NCBI GenBank assembly: GCA_036172245.1
Contig: JAYWIR010000029.1
Coordinates: forward strand, 2,666,001 to 2,730,000
DNA from: Raillietiella orientalis
Taxonomy: Eukaryota
DNA: 64,000 nucleotides
Reading direction: 5' to 3'
Shown here in pieces: positions 23,625 to 36,094 of this stretch; the first letter of the stretch is position 1, and each line of letters starts with the position of its first letter. Under the pieces are notes generated by a model that worked only from the letters and a program-made list of their open reading frames with translations, did no database searches and was not told the DNA's origin. Made by a program: the position numbers and the translations under genes.

Positions 23625-24430
23625 GGACGGACCGCACCCACCTTCCCGCAGCACTGCCCTCCTTCAGGGAAACGAATGGCAGCAGCCAACTGTCAAAGTG
23701 GGAAGTCTCCTGAGGGATCGCAGGCACGAGGAAGAAAATGAGTGGTTGGAACCACGGGGCAGCTGACCGACTCTGCGATCCCAAGTGCTCTTCCACGTGG
23801 ACCTGTGCAAGCTGCTGGGAATTCTTCGGGAAGACTTGAAGTGACCCCAGATGTTGGCGGGGCAGCAGCGCCCTCTGCACCGGTTAAGTGGCGGGAGTCG
23901 GCGTTGATGCTGCTGCACTGGGGTCTCCCGTGCAACTCCCGCCGGCATCACTGGACCACTGAGGAGGGCGAGTCCAGACTGTCGTAGGTGCGAGGAACGA
24001 GACAGTCCCTCCCACACCTGCTCGTGGACTGTATTGTCCTCCCGCCTCTTTGGGAACGTTTTTGGGCGACCCTACGAACCCCGGTTGGCAACCCCAGGGA
24101 CGTTATAAAACTCGTCTTCACGCGAGATGATGTCCTACCACCAGCCTCAACCCTAGCAGCTCTTTGCTGCATCCGTGGGATTGTGGCGGCCTGGAGAGAC
24201 TTTGAATCTCTGCTTTGAAGGAGCCCCGAACGAGAGGAGAGTCATCGAGCCTGCACTCCGCTTTCTGCAAGATAAATCCACCCGAGTGCAATGAGGACCG
24301 ATCCAGCCGGCATCCTTGAAAGAGTGCAGAGGACGCCCTCCAGCGGCACTGATACCTTCCCAGCTCTCCATAGTGTTTCTATTTCTTTTTATTCATTATT
24401 TTCCTCCTCCCCTCCGCTGCCGAGGTGAAC
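23625..24430 (+). mobile_element. Decayed non-LTR retrotransposon (L1/Tx1-like) ORF2 3' fragment, copy A
   Basis: Broken frame LLHWGLPCNSRRHHW...QSLPHLLVDC resembles the C-terminal RT-associated zinc-binding domain; a 23-mer at 23914-23936 is identical to 28943-28965; stops are present. Confidence 0.7.
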
Positions 24431-24614
24431 CGCGGGGGCCTGAGGACCAGCAACCAGGCGGGTCCACAGGAAAACTGAGCGTGGCAGGACCACGTGGTCT
24501 ACCATGGTTTGTAAGTTGATTTGAATTTTAAGAAACGCCCCCCAATCCCTCCCAAGCGAGAGAAGAACGAGTTCATTTCTGATGAGCCTTCCTGGATTCA
24601 TAGGGTGGTCCCTC

Positions 24615-26240
24615 CGGGATTACCCTCACGTCTGCCGTGTCGGCTTATGCCTACGATCTTCTGCTGCTCCCCATGTCCATCTCCACTCCTACATTCGAGG
24701 ACTTCAAGCTGTTCAGCCGTGGGACGGGCTTGGAGGTGAACAGGGCGAAGTCGTCAGTAGTTCCAGTTGGTGAGGCGTGGGCTCGATGGCCGGACTGGAT
24801 CTGCACGGGAGGGTACTTTAAGTACCTCGGAGTTCCATTGGGGGAACTTCTGCGTTGCCGAAGCCTGGTCCGGCCGTGTCCAAAAAGTGGAGATGGAGTT
24901 CGTCCCCTTCCAGAACGGCAAGTTTTATTTGCAGGAACGTGCCACGGTGTGGAACGCGGTTGCAGCCCCCTCCTCCGCCCCTGCTTTTTGTTTGCCCCGT
25001 TCCACCCAACATCAAAAAACGAACCGAGGACCTCCTGAGGAAATCCCTGTGGGGCACAGGGAGGTCCCGAATTCTCTTAAAAGACTTGTGTGCTCCGCGT
25101 AAGGACTGGACCTCCTTACACTGGAACGGATGGAGCGGCAGCTCCGATTCAGAAGACTCGCCCTCGCGGTGAGGCTATGGAACATGCCTTGGTGCACTCC
25201 TGCATACCAGAAGAGCTAAAGACTGCGAAGCACTGACTTCGAACTTCGTGGCCAGCGAAAGCAGCCTGAGGCAATATGGCCATCAGCTGCGATTGGTTGT
25301 TTTGGTGCAGGAGAACACATGGATCTCCTGACTCCCCACGAACTGCACTGCCTGGTTTCAGGAATCGGTCTTCGCCTGGGAAAAGATCCACGGCTCGAGC
25401 GAGGTGGAATGCGCCTGCCTCCGGAAAGGAAGTTACAACCGACAGAACCTGAGGGAGATCGTATGCAACCCACGCATACTGCTGTGGGCCTCCTTCGCCC
25501 CCCTTGTCCCAGTGCTGCTCACCCTAAAAAACGCGGGGGATAGCAATGAACCGGCAAGATGGGAGGTGTCCTGCCGTATCGAAGGCAGGAAAAAAACTCT
25601 AAAGCGCATCGGCAGCTAGCGAACGTTGCGACCCCAAGTGACCCGCCGAAAGGACTTGTTCACTGGGGCGAGCTGCTCACGATACCCCTGGACCCCTGCG
25701 TGTTGGGACAGTGGCACCCGCCCCCTCAAGTGGCATTGCTGTTGCTGCATTGGCGAATCCCATGCAGAGCGCGCCTCTCTCATTTGACACGGGGAAGCGT
25801 CGATGCCTATTGAGCAAAGTGCGGCGAGAAGGAGACCTTCCAGCATTTATTGGTAGACTGTTCTGCCCTTCGACCCCTTTGGAATCGTCTCTCTACAATC
25901 CTAGGAAAACCGGAGGGCGAACCAGGAGGCATTTTCCGACGCCTCCTCGGAGTACCGATCTTCCGCCAGCCGCGTCCCTAGCAGTTCTCTGCTGCACTCG
26001 CGGAATCGCGGCATGCTGGCAAGCGACAAGGAGAGGGCAAAATGGCAGGGACGCCATCCACTGGACGAAGATCTTTTTAAGGACCGCGTCGAGATGGCCC
26101 ACCTGGACAATGCCAAAACAGCACTTGTCAGCATCCAGAACAGGATGCAGAGGACGTGTCCAGGAGAACAATGATCCCTCTCCTCCCTCCCTAAGAAACT
26201 CCCCTCCCCTTTTTTTTCTCTCTCTTTTTTTTTTTGTTGT
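24615..26240 (+). mobile_element. Decayed L1/Tx1-like ORF2 fragment, copy B (RT end plus zinc-binding domain)
   Basis: GITLTSAVSAYAYDL (degenerate YADD), FSRGTGLEVNRAKS and FKYLGVPL are RT C-terminal motifs; LLLHWRIPC at about 25740; frameshifts and stops; collinear with copies A and C. Confidence 0.78.
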
Positions 26241-28479
26241 GGTTTTCCAACCTCCCCCTTCACCGTTGGAACTCTCCTCACCGGTCTGCGTACCGGCTTT
26301 TGGCAAGTCCTTCGCGCATGATACAACCAAATGTTCTACCGCGAATCTGTAAGGTGGACGACGACTTTTACTATAATTCTTTTATAATAAATGCCCCGGC
26401 AAATCCGGATGACAAACCCCCTAGCTTGAAGAGTCAGATGCACCTTTGGGCGGGACGGACAATGTCCAAGAGTTTCGTGAGTCCCCTAAGGAAGTTCTGC
26501 AGCACTCGGCGAACCAAAAAAGGGAATAATAATAAGAAGGAAAAAAGCTGGAAGGCAAGCAGGGGAAGTAGGAGAATCCAAAAGGATTATTATCATCCTA
26601 GGCCAATAGTGAAGGTGATCTCTCCTTGAGATGGTTACTGGCCGTTCGAAAAAGAAGGGCGGGGGTTACGAGGCCGCTACTTTGGCCTTTCGGAGCGTCG
26701 AGGGAGGGATGCTGAGAGAAGCAGCGTCTGGCGTTCCTCCTCTGCCGCTGAAAAGGGTGGTAGGGAGGATCCGCTTGTCGGGAGACGCCCCTTTGAAGGT
26801 GCCCTGTCAGTCCCGAAAACGCGACCCCAGCACGGGGAGGTCTCGGGAGAGGAGGAACTCCGAAAGGCAAAAAACCTGGAGCCGAAGAGGGGATAGTGAC
26901 GTCCCGAGGCGACGGATTGTTTACTCCCGCGCGAGGGGCCCTCAGACTGAGTCACTCTTACCTTTCTTCCCCTCCCCCCCCTCCGCAATCGAGCTGCCGT
27001 CCTCTGGAATCCTTGAGGGAGCCGAGCTTGGCAGTCCCTCCTCATCCCTGCGGAGTGCTTCAGCGTGCGAGCGTGTCGATAAAGAGTCTCCGGGGTCATC
27101 CGGCACCCAAGGTCCGGTAGCCCAGCTCCACCCAAAGGACCCCAGTTCCACCTGTGAGGACTCGGAACCGCTGAGAGAGAACCGCCACCCACCCCCCTGA
27201 GGCAGGAGGCCACCTGACGCTCGCCACGGCCTTGGCAGATGGGAGCTCGTTCTTGAGGAACTCGGCGTCTGGAGAGACTGGAAGTCCAAACGGCGCCGCC
27301 GGAGAGCATGCCGAGGGGAAGCTGCAGGCTGTTCCCTAGGAACGGACCCACGCGAAAGAGATGGCAACAAAGGCAAATGGCTTGCGCCCTGTCGGATCTC
27401 CGTTCCGTTTCCTTGGTTTTGCCCGTTCCCCTGGCGACCACCGTCGCCTCTCCTCGATTCAGGGACAGCAAAAACTCCGCTGCAGGCAAGTTCGTGGCAC
27501 AAAGAATGCAGATCGCCGCGTGATCCTGCCTGACAACAGAAGACGGACGCCGCTCCCATCTGAGTCCGTTGCTCGGAAACGCTCCCAAGCATATACTGGA
27601 GTCCATGAGACGACAGGGGCAGGTGCCGGAGGCTCATCCAAACGGCAGCGCTTGCATCCTTCCCTCGGCATCCCCTGATGGGGGAGGATGGCTGGGTCCG
27701 AGTGATGGGGAGAGCCTAGGGGCGAAACGCAAGGGCAAGGTTAGCGGGAAGAGGGGCGGAGTGGTCGCGCCTTCGCTCTTCCTTTGGAGCAAGTAGCTTC
27801 CTCGTTCCATGTGCAGGACTCCATGCCGGAGGGAGAGCGAATGCTGAGATTAAGGGCGAATCGGTGCGCCCCACTTCCAGAGGACTGGATGCGGGCGTGA
27901 CGCGAGGGCGGCGCTGGAAAAGCCTCTTCCCGGCAGAGACCCGGCGCCCTCGATCGATCTACCGGCGCCCTTCCCGCCAGAAGGCGGGAAGGGCGCGCCG
28001 GTCTTAGCCGCTCCCCTCCGCTTGTCCCCTCGGCCAGGGGAGGCGCCGCCAGAAGGCAGCACCTCCGGATAGGCCGAGCCTGAAGCGCGTGCTGGGAACG
28101 GTCGATTCCTCTCGGCGCGAAGGCAGAAACCAAGGCAAGGAGAGGAGGCAGAGGGAAGAAGGGAGAGCGGACCTCCTGCACTGCAAGGAGCGAGGCGCCC
28201 TTCTCGCGGACCAGCAGCACCTCGGATCATCCGCTCGCGGGAGCGCGTCCGGTCCGCACCACGCCCCCTGGGGAGAGGAGCTGTCAGGGGATCCCCAGAA
28301 AGTCACCTCGGCTGGCGGGAGAGGGGAGGAGGAGCTGCGGGATCCGGGAGACCGCACCGGTATAGAAGAGAACTCCGGAGGCAGCTCCGGAGAACGGCAG
28401 GGAGTCGCGCAGCCTCAGCAGAGGCTACTGTTGGGCCACGCCCGAGCAGACCGGAGCTCTGGCGGGTAGCCAAGCTGAG

Positions 28480-29447
28480 CTGGATCAACTGGATCCTCTG
28501 CCGGCCCGCGAACGATAGTGCCTGGTTGCAGGGGACCATTTGCACGTGGGTCAAGAACAGCGAAGCGAGCCCAGAGATGCGTCAGCGACTGCTGCACTCC
28601 TGCAGCAACCGCTTGCTGAAGGACATCATTGTGCAGCCCACCAGGTGTGCGTGGGCGCAAAGAACCTTCCTAGCTGCGGAACAGCCGTCTCTCAGGGAGC
28701 ACCTGGGCAGGAACCAGTTAGCCCAATGGAAGGTCCGATGTGAGATCGGTGGAAGAGCGAAGGAATTAGGTGCTTGGACCATGGGCCAGCTCACGGGCGC
28801 TGAGACTCCAAGTGCCCCACCGAAAGGACTATTGAGCTGGAGCGAACTGCTGGGAATCCCACAAGAACTCAAGTGGCAGGCCCAGCGCTGAAGAACAACC
28901 GGCACCTCCCCCTGAAGTAGCAGGAGTGGGCACTTCTGCTGTTGCACTGGGGTCTCCCGTGCAACGCCCGTAGGCCTCACTGGACCCCAGGGGCCGTGGA
29001 CTCGAACTACTGCAAGTGCGAAGAACAGAAATCCCATCTCTCGCACCTGCTCATAGACTGTGCTGCCCTCCAGTCCCTGTTGCGTTACACAACGGTCCTT
29101 GGTGCACTGACGGACAATCCCAGGGGTCTGTCTATTCGTGAGCGAAGTCCTTTCGCCCGCTGCAGCCCTAGCAGCTTTTTGCTGCCTTCGTGAGATCGTG
29201 GCGTTCTGGAGCTACTCGAGAAAAGGACGGCGCGATAGGGATGCCATCTGTTTTGCCCGGCGTTTCATGAGGACGGCAGCAAGGTGCCTCCATCTGTAGC
29301 ATACTCGGATGGAACTTGCCGGCATCCTGGAAAGGATTCAAAGGACGCCCTCCAGCTCCCTGTGATCTCTTCTTTAACCCTCCCAATTTTTTTGTATATA
29401 CTTTTATTTTTGTTTCCTCCCTCTCCCTCCGCTGCTAAGGCGAACCT
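28480..29447 (+). mobile_element. Decayed L1/Tx1-like ORF2 3' fragment, copy C
   Basis: LHWGLPCNARRPHW...YCKCEEQKSHLSHLLIDC; shares AGGACGCCCTCCAGC (29342-29356 vs 24330-24344), a T-rich tract and CTCCGCTGC..AGG.GAACC with copy A. Confidence 0.72.
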
Positions 29448-32400
29448 TACCGACCTATGAGCCAGTTACTCGGCAGGTTCCGAGCATTTTTGGACGATAT
29501 AGGGCAGATGCCTTTACACTCTCTTCGCTCGCAGAGTCCCACAGGGAGCGCCGCTCTGACCGCACCACCTGGTCCAAGCAGTCGCACAAGGTTTCCTTTG
29601 GGATCGCGGCCTAATCATCTCCTCCTCCACGAGTGGGGGAGGGAAAAACACTAGCTGGGATGCGTTATGGGGCCCGGGAGAAGCAGGAAGGCTGCTGCCA
29701 ACCTCAGCGTCAAGCTACAGTTCGCTGAGCGCGCTCCGGGTCGGATGGATGCGCTGACTTCCCGCGCTCCGATCCCCCTTTCCCCTCGGACGATCTGGAC
29801 TCTCCCGTGCTCTCTCCCCCTACCCGCTCGTCGAGGGGTCGGACGCCTTCCATCCCCTCCGGCCACTTTGGAGGCGACGGGGAAGGCCTGCGGCGGCTAC
29901 GGATCCCGAGCGACCTTGAGCGGCGGCGACCAAGGCAGCGACGGTGCTGCTCCCTCGCTGGCCGGTCCTCAGAGTTGCCCCCGAAAGCCTCTTTGAAGCG
30001 AGGCGGGTCCCTGCCCTCCTTCGGCCACCCTTCCCTCGCCTCTGAGGCACGCGCTGAGGGCGCGCAATGGAGAATGCGGAAGACCCAGGAAGCAGCTCAA
30101 CGAAAGGACCCCCCGTTCTCCTACCGAAATCCTCGACCTGCGTTGCTTGCGGGCGACCCTTCCTCAGCAGTGTCACCGGTCGACTGAGGCGCGAGAGGGT
30201 GGGCCGGAAGGGGTGTGGGATCGCGAGGAACGAAAGGAGGGGAAGGTTGAAACCGTTCCCTTCTTTCGTCCCTTCCCCGGAAACGGAGCCCTCCCTGAAG
30301 GGAGGGCGAGAGACGGGAGAACTCTCTGTCTTGGCAGCCCGCTTTGCCCCTCCTCCCCCTACGGGCAAGGGAGCGGAGGGAAGGGAGCGCACCGGCAGCG
30401 GGGACAGGAGCTGCGGAAAGCCGGAGGGAGGGTAGGAGGAAATCGTCTCAGACAGACCTCCCTTGCCTCAGGAAATTGCGGCTCGACGGGGAGCGGCGAG
30501 GAAACCCGGCGGTGGGGGCAGGAGCAACTCGATTCCTCCCCCAATCCCATTTCCGGATCTCTGCGGGCGCGGGAGGAGGGCAGGAAGTTCTGGCTATCTA
30601 CACGACCCGGATGGACCGGGGTCGCTTGCCGAAGATTAACGGATGGACGGAGGAAAGCTAGGGAAGCCTCTGCGACGCATGTCCGCTGGTCCGCGTGGCC
30701 GAGGGGGCCACCCTGGCCAGGGAGGGGAAGGCGTGCGCCCGAGGGAAGGGGTCCAGCCTGTCCAGCACGCCCCCGGGAGCTGCCCGCCCATCCCGCCGCG
30801 CGAGAAGGCCGTCGGTGCTCCCCCACTCGACGCTCGCGCACCGGAAATTTGCTACTGGAGCAGGGAGGAAGCTCACGGCCGTGAGAGGGCGGGTCCTCTG
30901 CCGCCTTGGAACCCAGAAAGAGTCCAAGAGCCCGGCGAACCGGGAACGCGACCCAGCGCCACTTCCCTGGGGCTCCAGAGCTGCGAAACCTCTTCCTCCC
31001 CCCCCCCCGTCCTCCCCAATCGACGCGCTCCTGCTGATCGCGAAGGTGCTAGAGCAGCCATCGGGCACTGGGAAAAGAGGGCCTCCTCTTGCGGATGAGG
31101 CGAGCCACCCCGGAGCCTTGCACGCGCGAGGCCGAGCTTCCGGTTTCGGTCGGTTCCTGCTAGATCCGGTCGGAGGCCACCGGTCACCCTCCTTCCGGGA
31201 GACGAGGCGGGGCAGCTTGCCCATCGCGTGTCGGGCGGAGCCGATTCGCGGTCCCCGGTATGCGGAGGCGCAGCAGAAGGGGGGGGGGAATTCTGAAGCG
31301 CAGATTCTGCTACGCAGCAAAAGTGAGGGCGGCCGCTCCCAAGAGACGAGGAACCTTTCCAGGACAAAGTTCGTCGACCCTTGGTGAGGAGCAGTGAGCG
31401 ACGTCAGAATTCCGGGAACCGCTTCGTGCAAGAGTGGCGCTTTCAGCCGCGGGGGGAAAAAGAGGGAGAGGGGGGGAGGGACTCGAGTCGCGTTCATAAG
31501 GGAGCCAAGGCCGACGGAACATCCTCGGGTAGATGTCAATGAACATTGGACGTCACGGACGTGGACGTTGGAGAGAGTAGCAGGAGCACATGGAACGAGA
31601 GAGGTGACCGCCACGGTGTCACGGTCGATTCGCGCTCTCTTGAGCTGCTGCTTCGGGTGGAGGGCGCGCCCGGCAGCCACGTCGCTGGGAAAGTTCGGTT
31701 GACCTCGAGCGTGGAAACCAGCACGCTCGAGGCGCACCTCCAGCTCTCTCGCTTGAGCCCGTCCATGGCGTCTCCTGTTCATCCTGGGAATCTCCTTTTC
31801 GTCCTCCGGTGGCGGATCCTTCCCCCTGCGACCCTTCAAGGTGTCTTCCCATCCACCCGGAAGAGACCTTGAAGGGATCTCCCGGCGGGACAGGAGAGGT
31901 CCCCAGCAAATTCACGGGAGGAGTTTCGTCTTCCCTTTTTTGGTGCATGATGCTTCGGGAATGCTTCCCGGAGGAAAGAGCTCAAAGAGGTCTGGGCGAA
32001 AGACACGGCCGAGAGGCCGGCTGTGGGTCAGCAGCGAAAAAGGAAGCCGTCCAAACCGGACGGCAGGTCACAGCCAGAGGACTTTCTCGTTGAGAGGAGC
32101 ATGAAGCAGGGTGCAGCGCTCGTAAGTAGTAGAGAAAGACTTCCACGAAGGTCGGAGAGGGGCGAAACAACCAATCTCTCAATATCAGCGGAGGAGGTGC
32201 GTCTTGCTCGACCGGGGGAGGCTGCGTGGAGCCGGTTCTGCATGGGCTGAGTTTGCATGGAGGCTTCCCTGCGGGACGTGCCCCACTACGAAAGTTACCT
32301 ACCTGACGCTGACGCAGGACCTGCAGGACGTTGAACCACCAGCCTGATGTGTACTGGGCTACTCCCGCTACTGCTGTCTGATGGCAAGTTCCCGTTTTTT

Positions 32401-35400
32401 TTTACCCTCAGCTTCCTGGCTACGATTAAATCTTTTTCTGTGCTTCTCTTCGTTGGTCTTTGCTAGTAGTGCTCGAACCTCGAGTTGTCGGTCAAGCGTT
32501 CTCAGCCCTCGGCCTGGAGCCCTCGGTCTGACTTTTGATTTGCCTCGAAACCATCCGGGCACGCCTCTCTAGGGAAGGATCTTTCCCATCACCTTCGATT
32601 GAGAAGAATTCGGGTTGCGAGGATGCAGTAAAAATTTCTGAAGGAGCATCAAGGAAGGCGATTATCCACCCTTCAACTGCCTTAGTGCAAGAAATGCTGC
32701 CAGAGATAAAGGAAAAAAAGAATCCATAGGCGGAGGAGCCCAAGGGTGCAGATATGCAAATACAAAGAATGGCATCTTCCTTCTTTCGAGGCTCCTTCCG
32801 CTTGAAAGCAACATGCGAGCCGCGATCTGAACTACAGCACTCTTTTTTCGACCATCGCTTAAAGTCTTTTGAGTCGGCAGAGAAGCTGGCTTCAGATACT
32901 GGAGCCGGGTCTTCAAGTGAAGAAAATGTGAGCACTATGGGAAGGACAGACGAAGCTGCTACTGTTTCGTGAGCCTAACCGAGGTCTGGAATACAATGCG
33001 TTTCCCTCTAGAGGATTATGACTCTAGAGAAAAGGTATGGAACAAAAAAAAAAAAGACTGAAAGTGGAAAATGACAACGAAGGAAAGCAGGGATTCACCA
33101 GTGTCCTTAAAACACACGGCGTTTTCTGACGTCGCAGAGTTTTGCTCCGTTTATTCCAGAGGAAAGAGCTGTCCCATCCATCCATCCAATCTTTCCGAAA
33201 CTGGAAACGAAGTGTGTCCTTTTCAGCTTCCCGCTAGCGTGCTAACGTCCTTCGGGCAATACACCCGAATTCGGAGCGTTGCTTCCACACGTAGACACCT
33301 CATATTCACGTATGCTCACACGAAAATGCGTAGATGTACTTACGTAAGCTGGCATGTTATTTTTACGTGTACAACGTAGATGGAATTATGCGTATAATAC
33401 GTAATTACACCTACATGTGTACAGATATGATATACAATTATGTATCTACACGTATTTATGTATCATGTTGTGAATATATATCTATGCAATTGTAGATAAG
33501 CATACGTGTGCATTATTTCTCCGTATGCAAAGACAAAAACTTACGCACTAAAAAAGTATGTGCATAAAGTGAAGATATGGGTGGATTTTCACTTGCATGT
33601 GTTTAGTTCTCGAGCTTCTTTTCTCGTAATGATCAGTACTTTGAACATCACATTCTCAAACCACTTTCAATCACTCGCAGCCACACTCGGGTCCATTCCA
33701 TAGCCACACAGTTGAGTGAACCATAACCAACCATAAGTCACAAACTTATTCACTTTCGGCCTAGCGTTGTGCAGCCTGCATTTCGCCAGCGGTTTCAAGG
33801 CAATTCTTTTTAAGCGATTGGAATCGGAATTTAAGAAAGAAAGGGAAAGAGCAGGAAAAAGTACCACGGTTCCGTCGTCGCAGGAGATCCCACAACTGTG
33901 ACTTTCGAGCTGCTGGTTCGTCAACATTCTCGCGGAGCTCTCTGCGCCGCATAGAACGTCCTCTCATCCTGAGGTAGCAATGCAGATCGCACGAGTTTGC
34001 AGGCTCCAGAAAGTAATCTGACACTCGATCCTCATCCGTTTTCCGCCGCGGAAAACGATTAGTGCAAAGGTAACTGCTGTTTGCTACTTCTTTGAAGTTC
34101 AAAGAGCCTTACTTCAGAAGTACTGGTCCTCTGTTATTAGTTACGATGGATGTGGTCCACTGTCCTAGGCAACATAACGCCATGCCATCCTAACACTAGG
34201 CAACTTTAACGTTCCATAGTCATATTCGATCACCACATGGAATCTACCAGCTGCTATCACATCTGACGCGACTTGATGTGACGCATATCACTAGACAAAC
34301 ACAAAATGGGTACAAAAGACACAGCACCTGCCATTGTCATAAGTGACGATATAATTAATGACACGAATTGGTGTTGATAAAGCTTTCCAGCATGATGATG
34401 TGTCCCTTAACAATTGCACTCTCCATCGTGAATGTGACGTATAACACGGAAATCAAGTACGTGATCTCAACTCTAATGCATCCAGTTATCTTTCTGATAG
34501 AGGTGTAAAGATGATATTGGCAATACTTTAAACTTTAAAGAATTTCATCTATCCATCGAACTAAAAAAAGTCCGTGCACAAAATAGCAGTCTTATTGAAG
34601 CAAGAATGTCTGTCCCACGTGTTCTTGAGAAACGATTTTTTGCAAAAAAAAAATAAAAATAAAAATGCAAGCCTCAGTGCCATACCCGGTCTCATGTTAG
34701 GGACCGATTAGGTTATAACCGAAAATGGTGAAATCAAAAACCCCAAAATCCAGGCTCGGAAAGCCTCACAATTACGCTTACTGTTATTGCAAATTTTGCC
34801 AATCATTAAAGGCACGTATTATGTTCCAACGAATGGAACCAACCGTTACCTGTAACCCTCTCCTACGCTAGAATTTCATATCTGGAAACGATAATGCTCC
34901 CTAAATAAGAAAAACCGATGTAACACAAAAGGAAAAAAATAATGCCTTATCATCTTCCCTACATTGGAATTTTAATAGGGACTTTCGTGTTGCAATCGCG
35001 GTACGTTGTTTCAGCAACTCCACCGCACCATTCCGTCTTTGTGGTTTCGTTTGTGTCTTTAATTATGTTTACACTTTGTGACGACTGTTACTAATTTACG
35101 AATCGACCGCTGCACTAGCAAAAAGATACTCACATCATTATCCTCAATCCGAGGATGCTCCCTTAAAGTAAGACTTTTCAGGTTCTCCCTAGAAGTTGAA
35201 CTGAGGAGGCGGAGAGAAAGAAAAATGACGATTCCCGAATCAGGCACCTACTTAGAAGACGGCTGAGGACAAGCTTTGGGAAGCAAGCAATTCCGGGAGA
35301 AGACAGCAGAAGAGTGATTCAGGTCGCCACAGGAATGCCTTGAGAGTTCGACTTCCAGCTCACGTTGGGCGCTTCAGCAACGGAAGAACTTGGGCACCGG

Positions 35401-36057
35401 AGGACTTGCAGGCGAGTGAAACACAAAGCGATCTGCGAAGCATCGCCACTTGGTGACACCATCACCCATTTTTCAGGAACCGATAGAAAGCAGCGTTTTA
35501 ATGTATACGTAAGAGTGTACGTGTGTGCATGCATGTATGTAAATGACTTCGCTTTGTCGAGCACAGATTAACAGCTTTGAACAAAATCCAATTTTTTTCC
35601 CGATTCGCCCTTTATTTCAAACACATGTACGTGAAATTCCGTTTTCGTGGAAATTTACCAGAAATCGGATTTCTAAAATAATTTAGAAATTTCAAATGCA
35701 TTTGCAGAACGTGCCTGGGTTTGTGCAAGTCCTTAAGATAATGCATTTATCTGAATAAATGCTATCGGGATAGTACGTCATCAATAGCTATGTCTTGCGC
35801 ATCGTCCAAACTAAGTGCACAGAATGTAAGTTGGCAGCCATCTTAAGGTGAATTGGGAACATATGCTTGCTACCTATCAAAATTGAACTTGTAAGTTTTG
35901 AGTGTACTCAGGTTTTGGGGGAACCTGTAATGACTGTCATCGTTCGAACAAAACAATTATAAGACTAGCGTTCAATTTATATAATTTTTGATTGCATGCA
36001 AAAAGTTAAGGCGTACTGCTATGCCAGCACAAAACCTACGAAATATATTGTGTTTGA

Positions 36058-36094
<37 letters not shown>

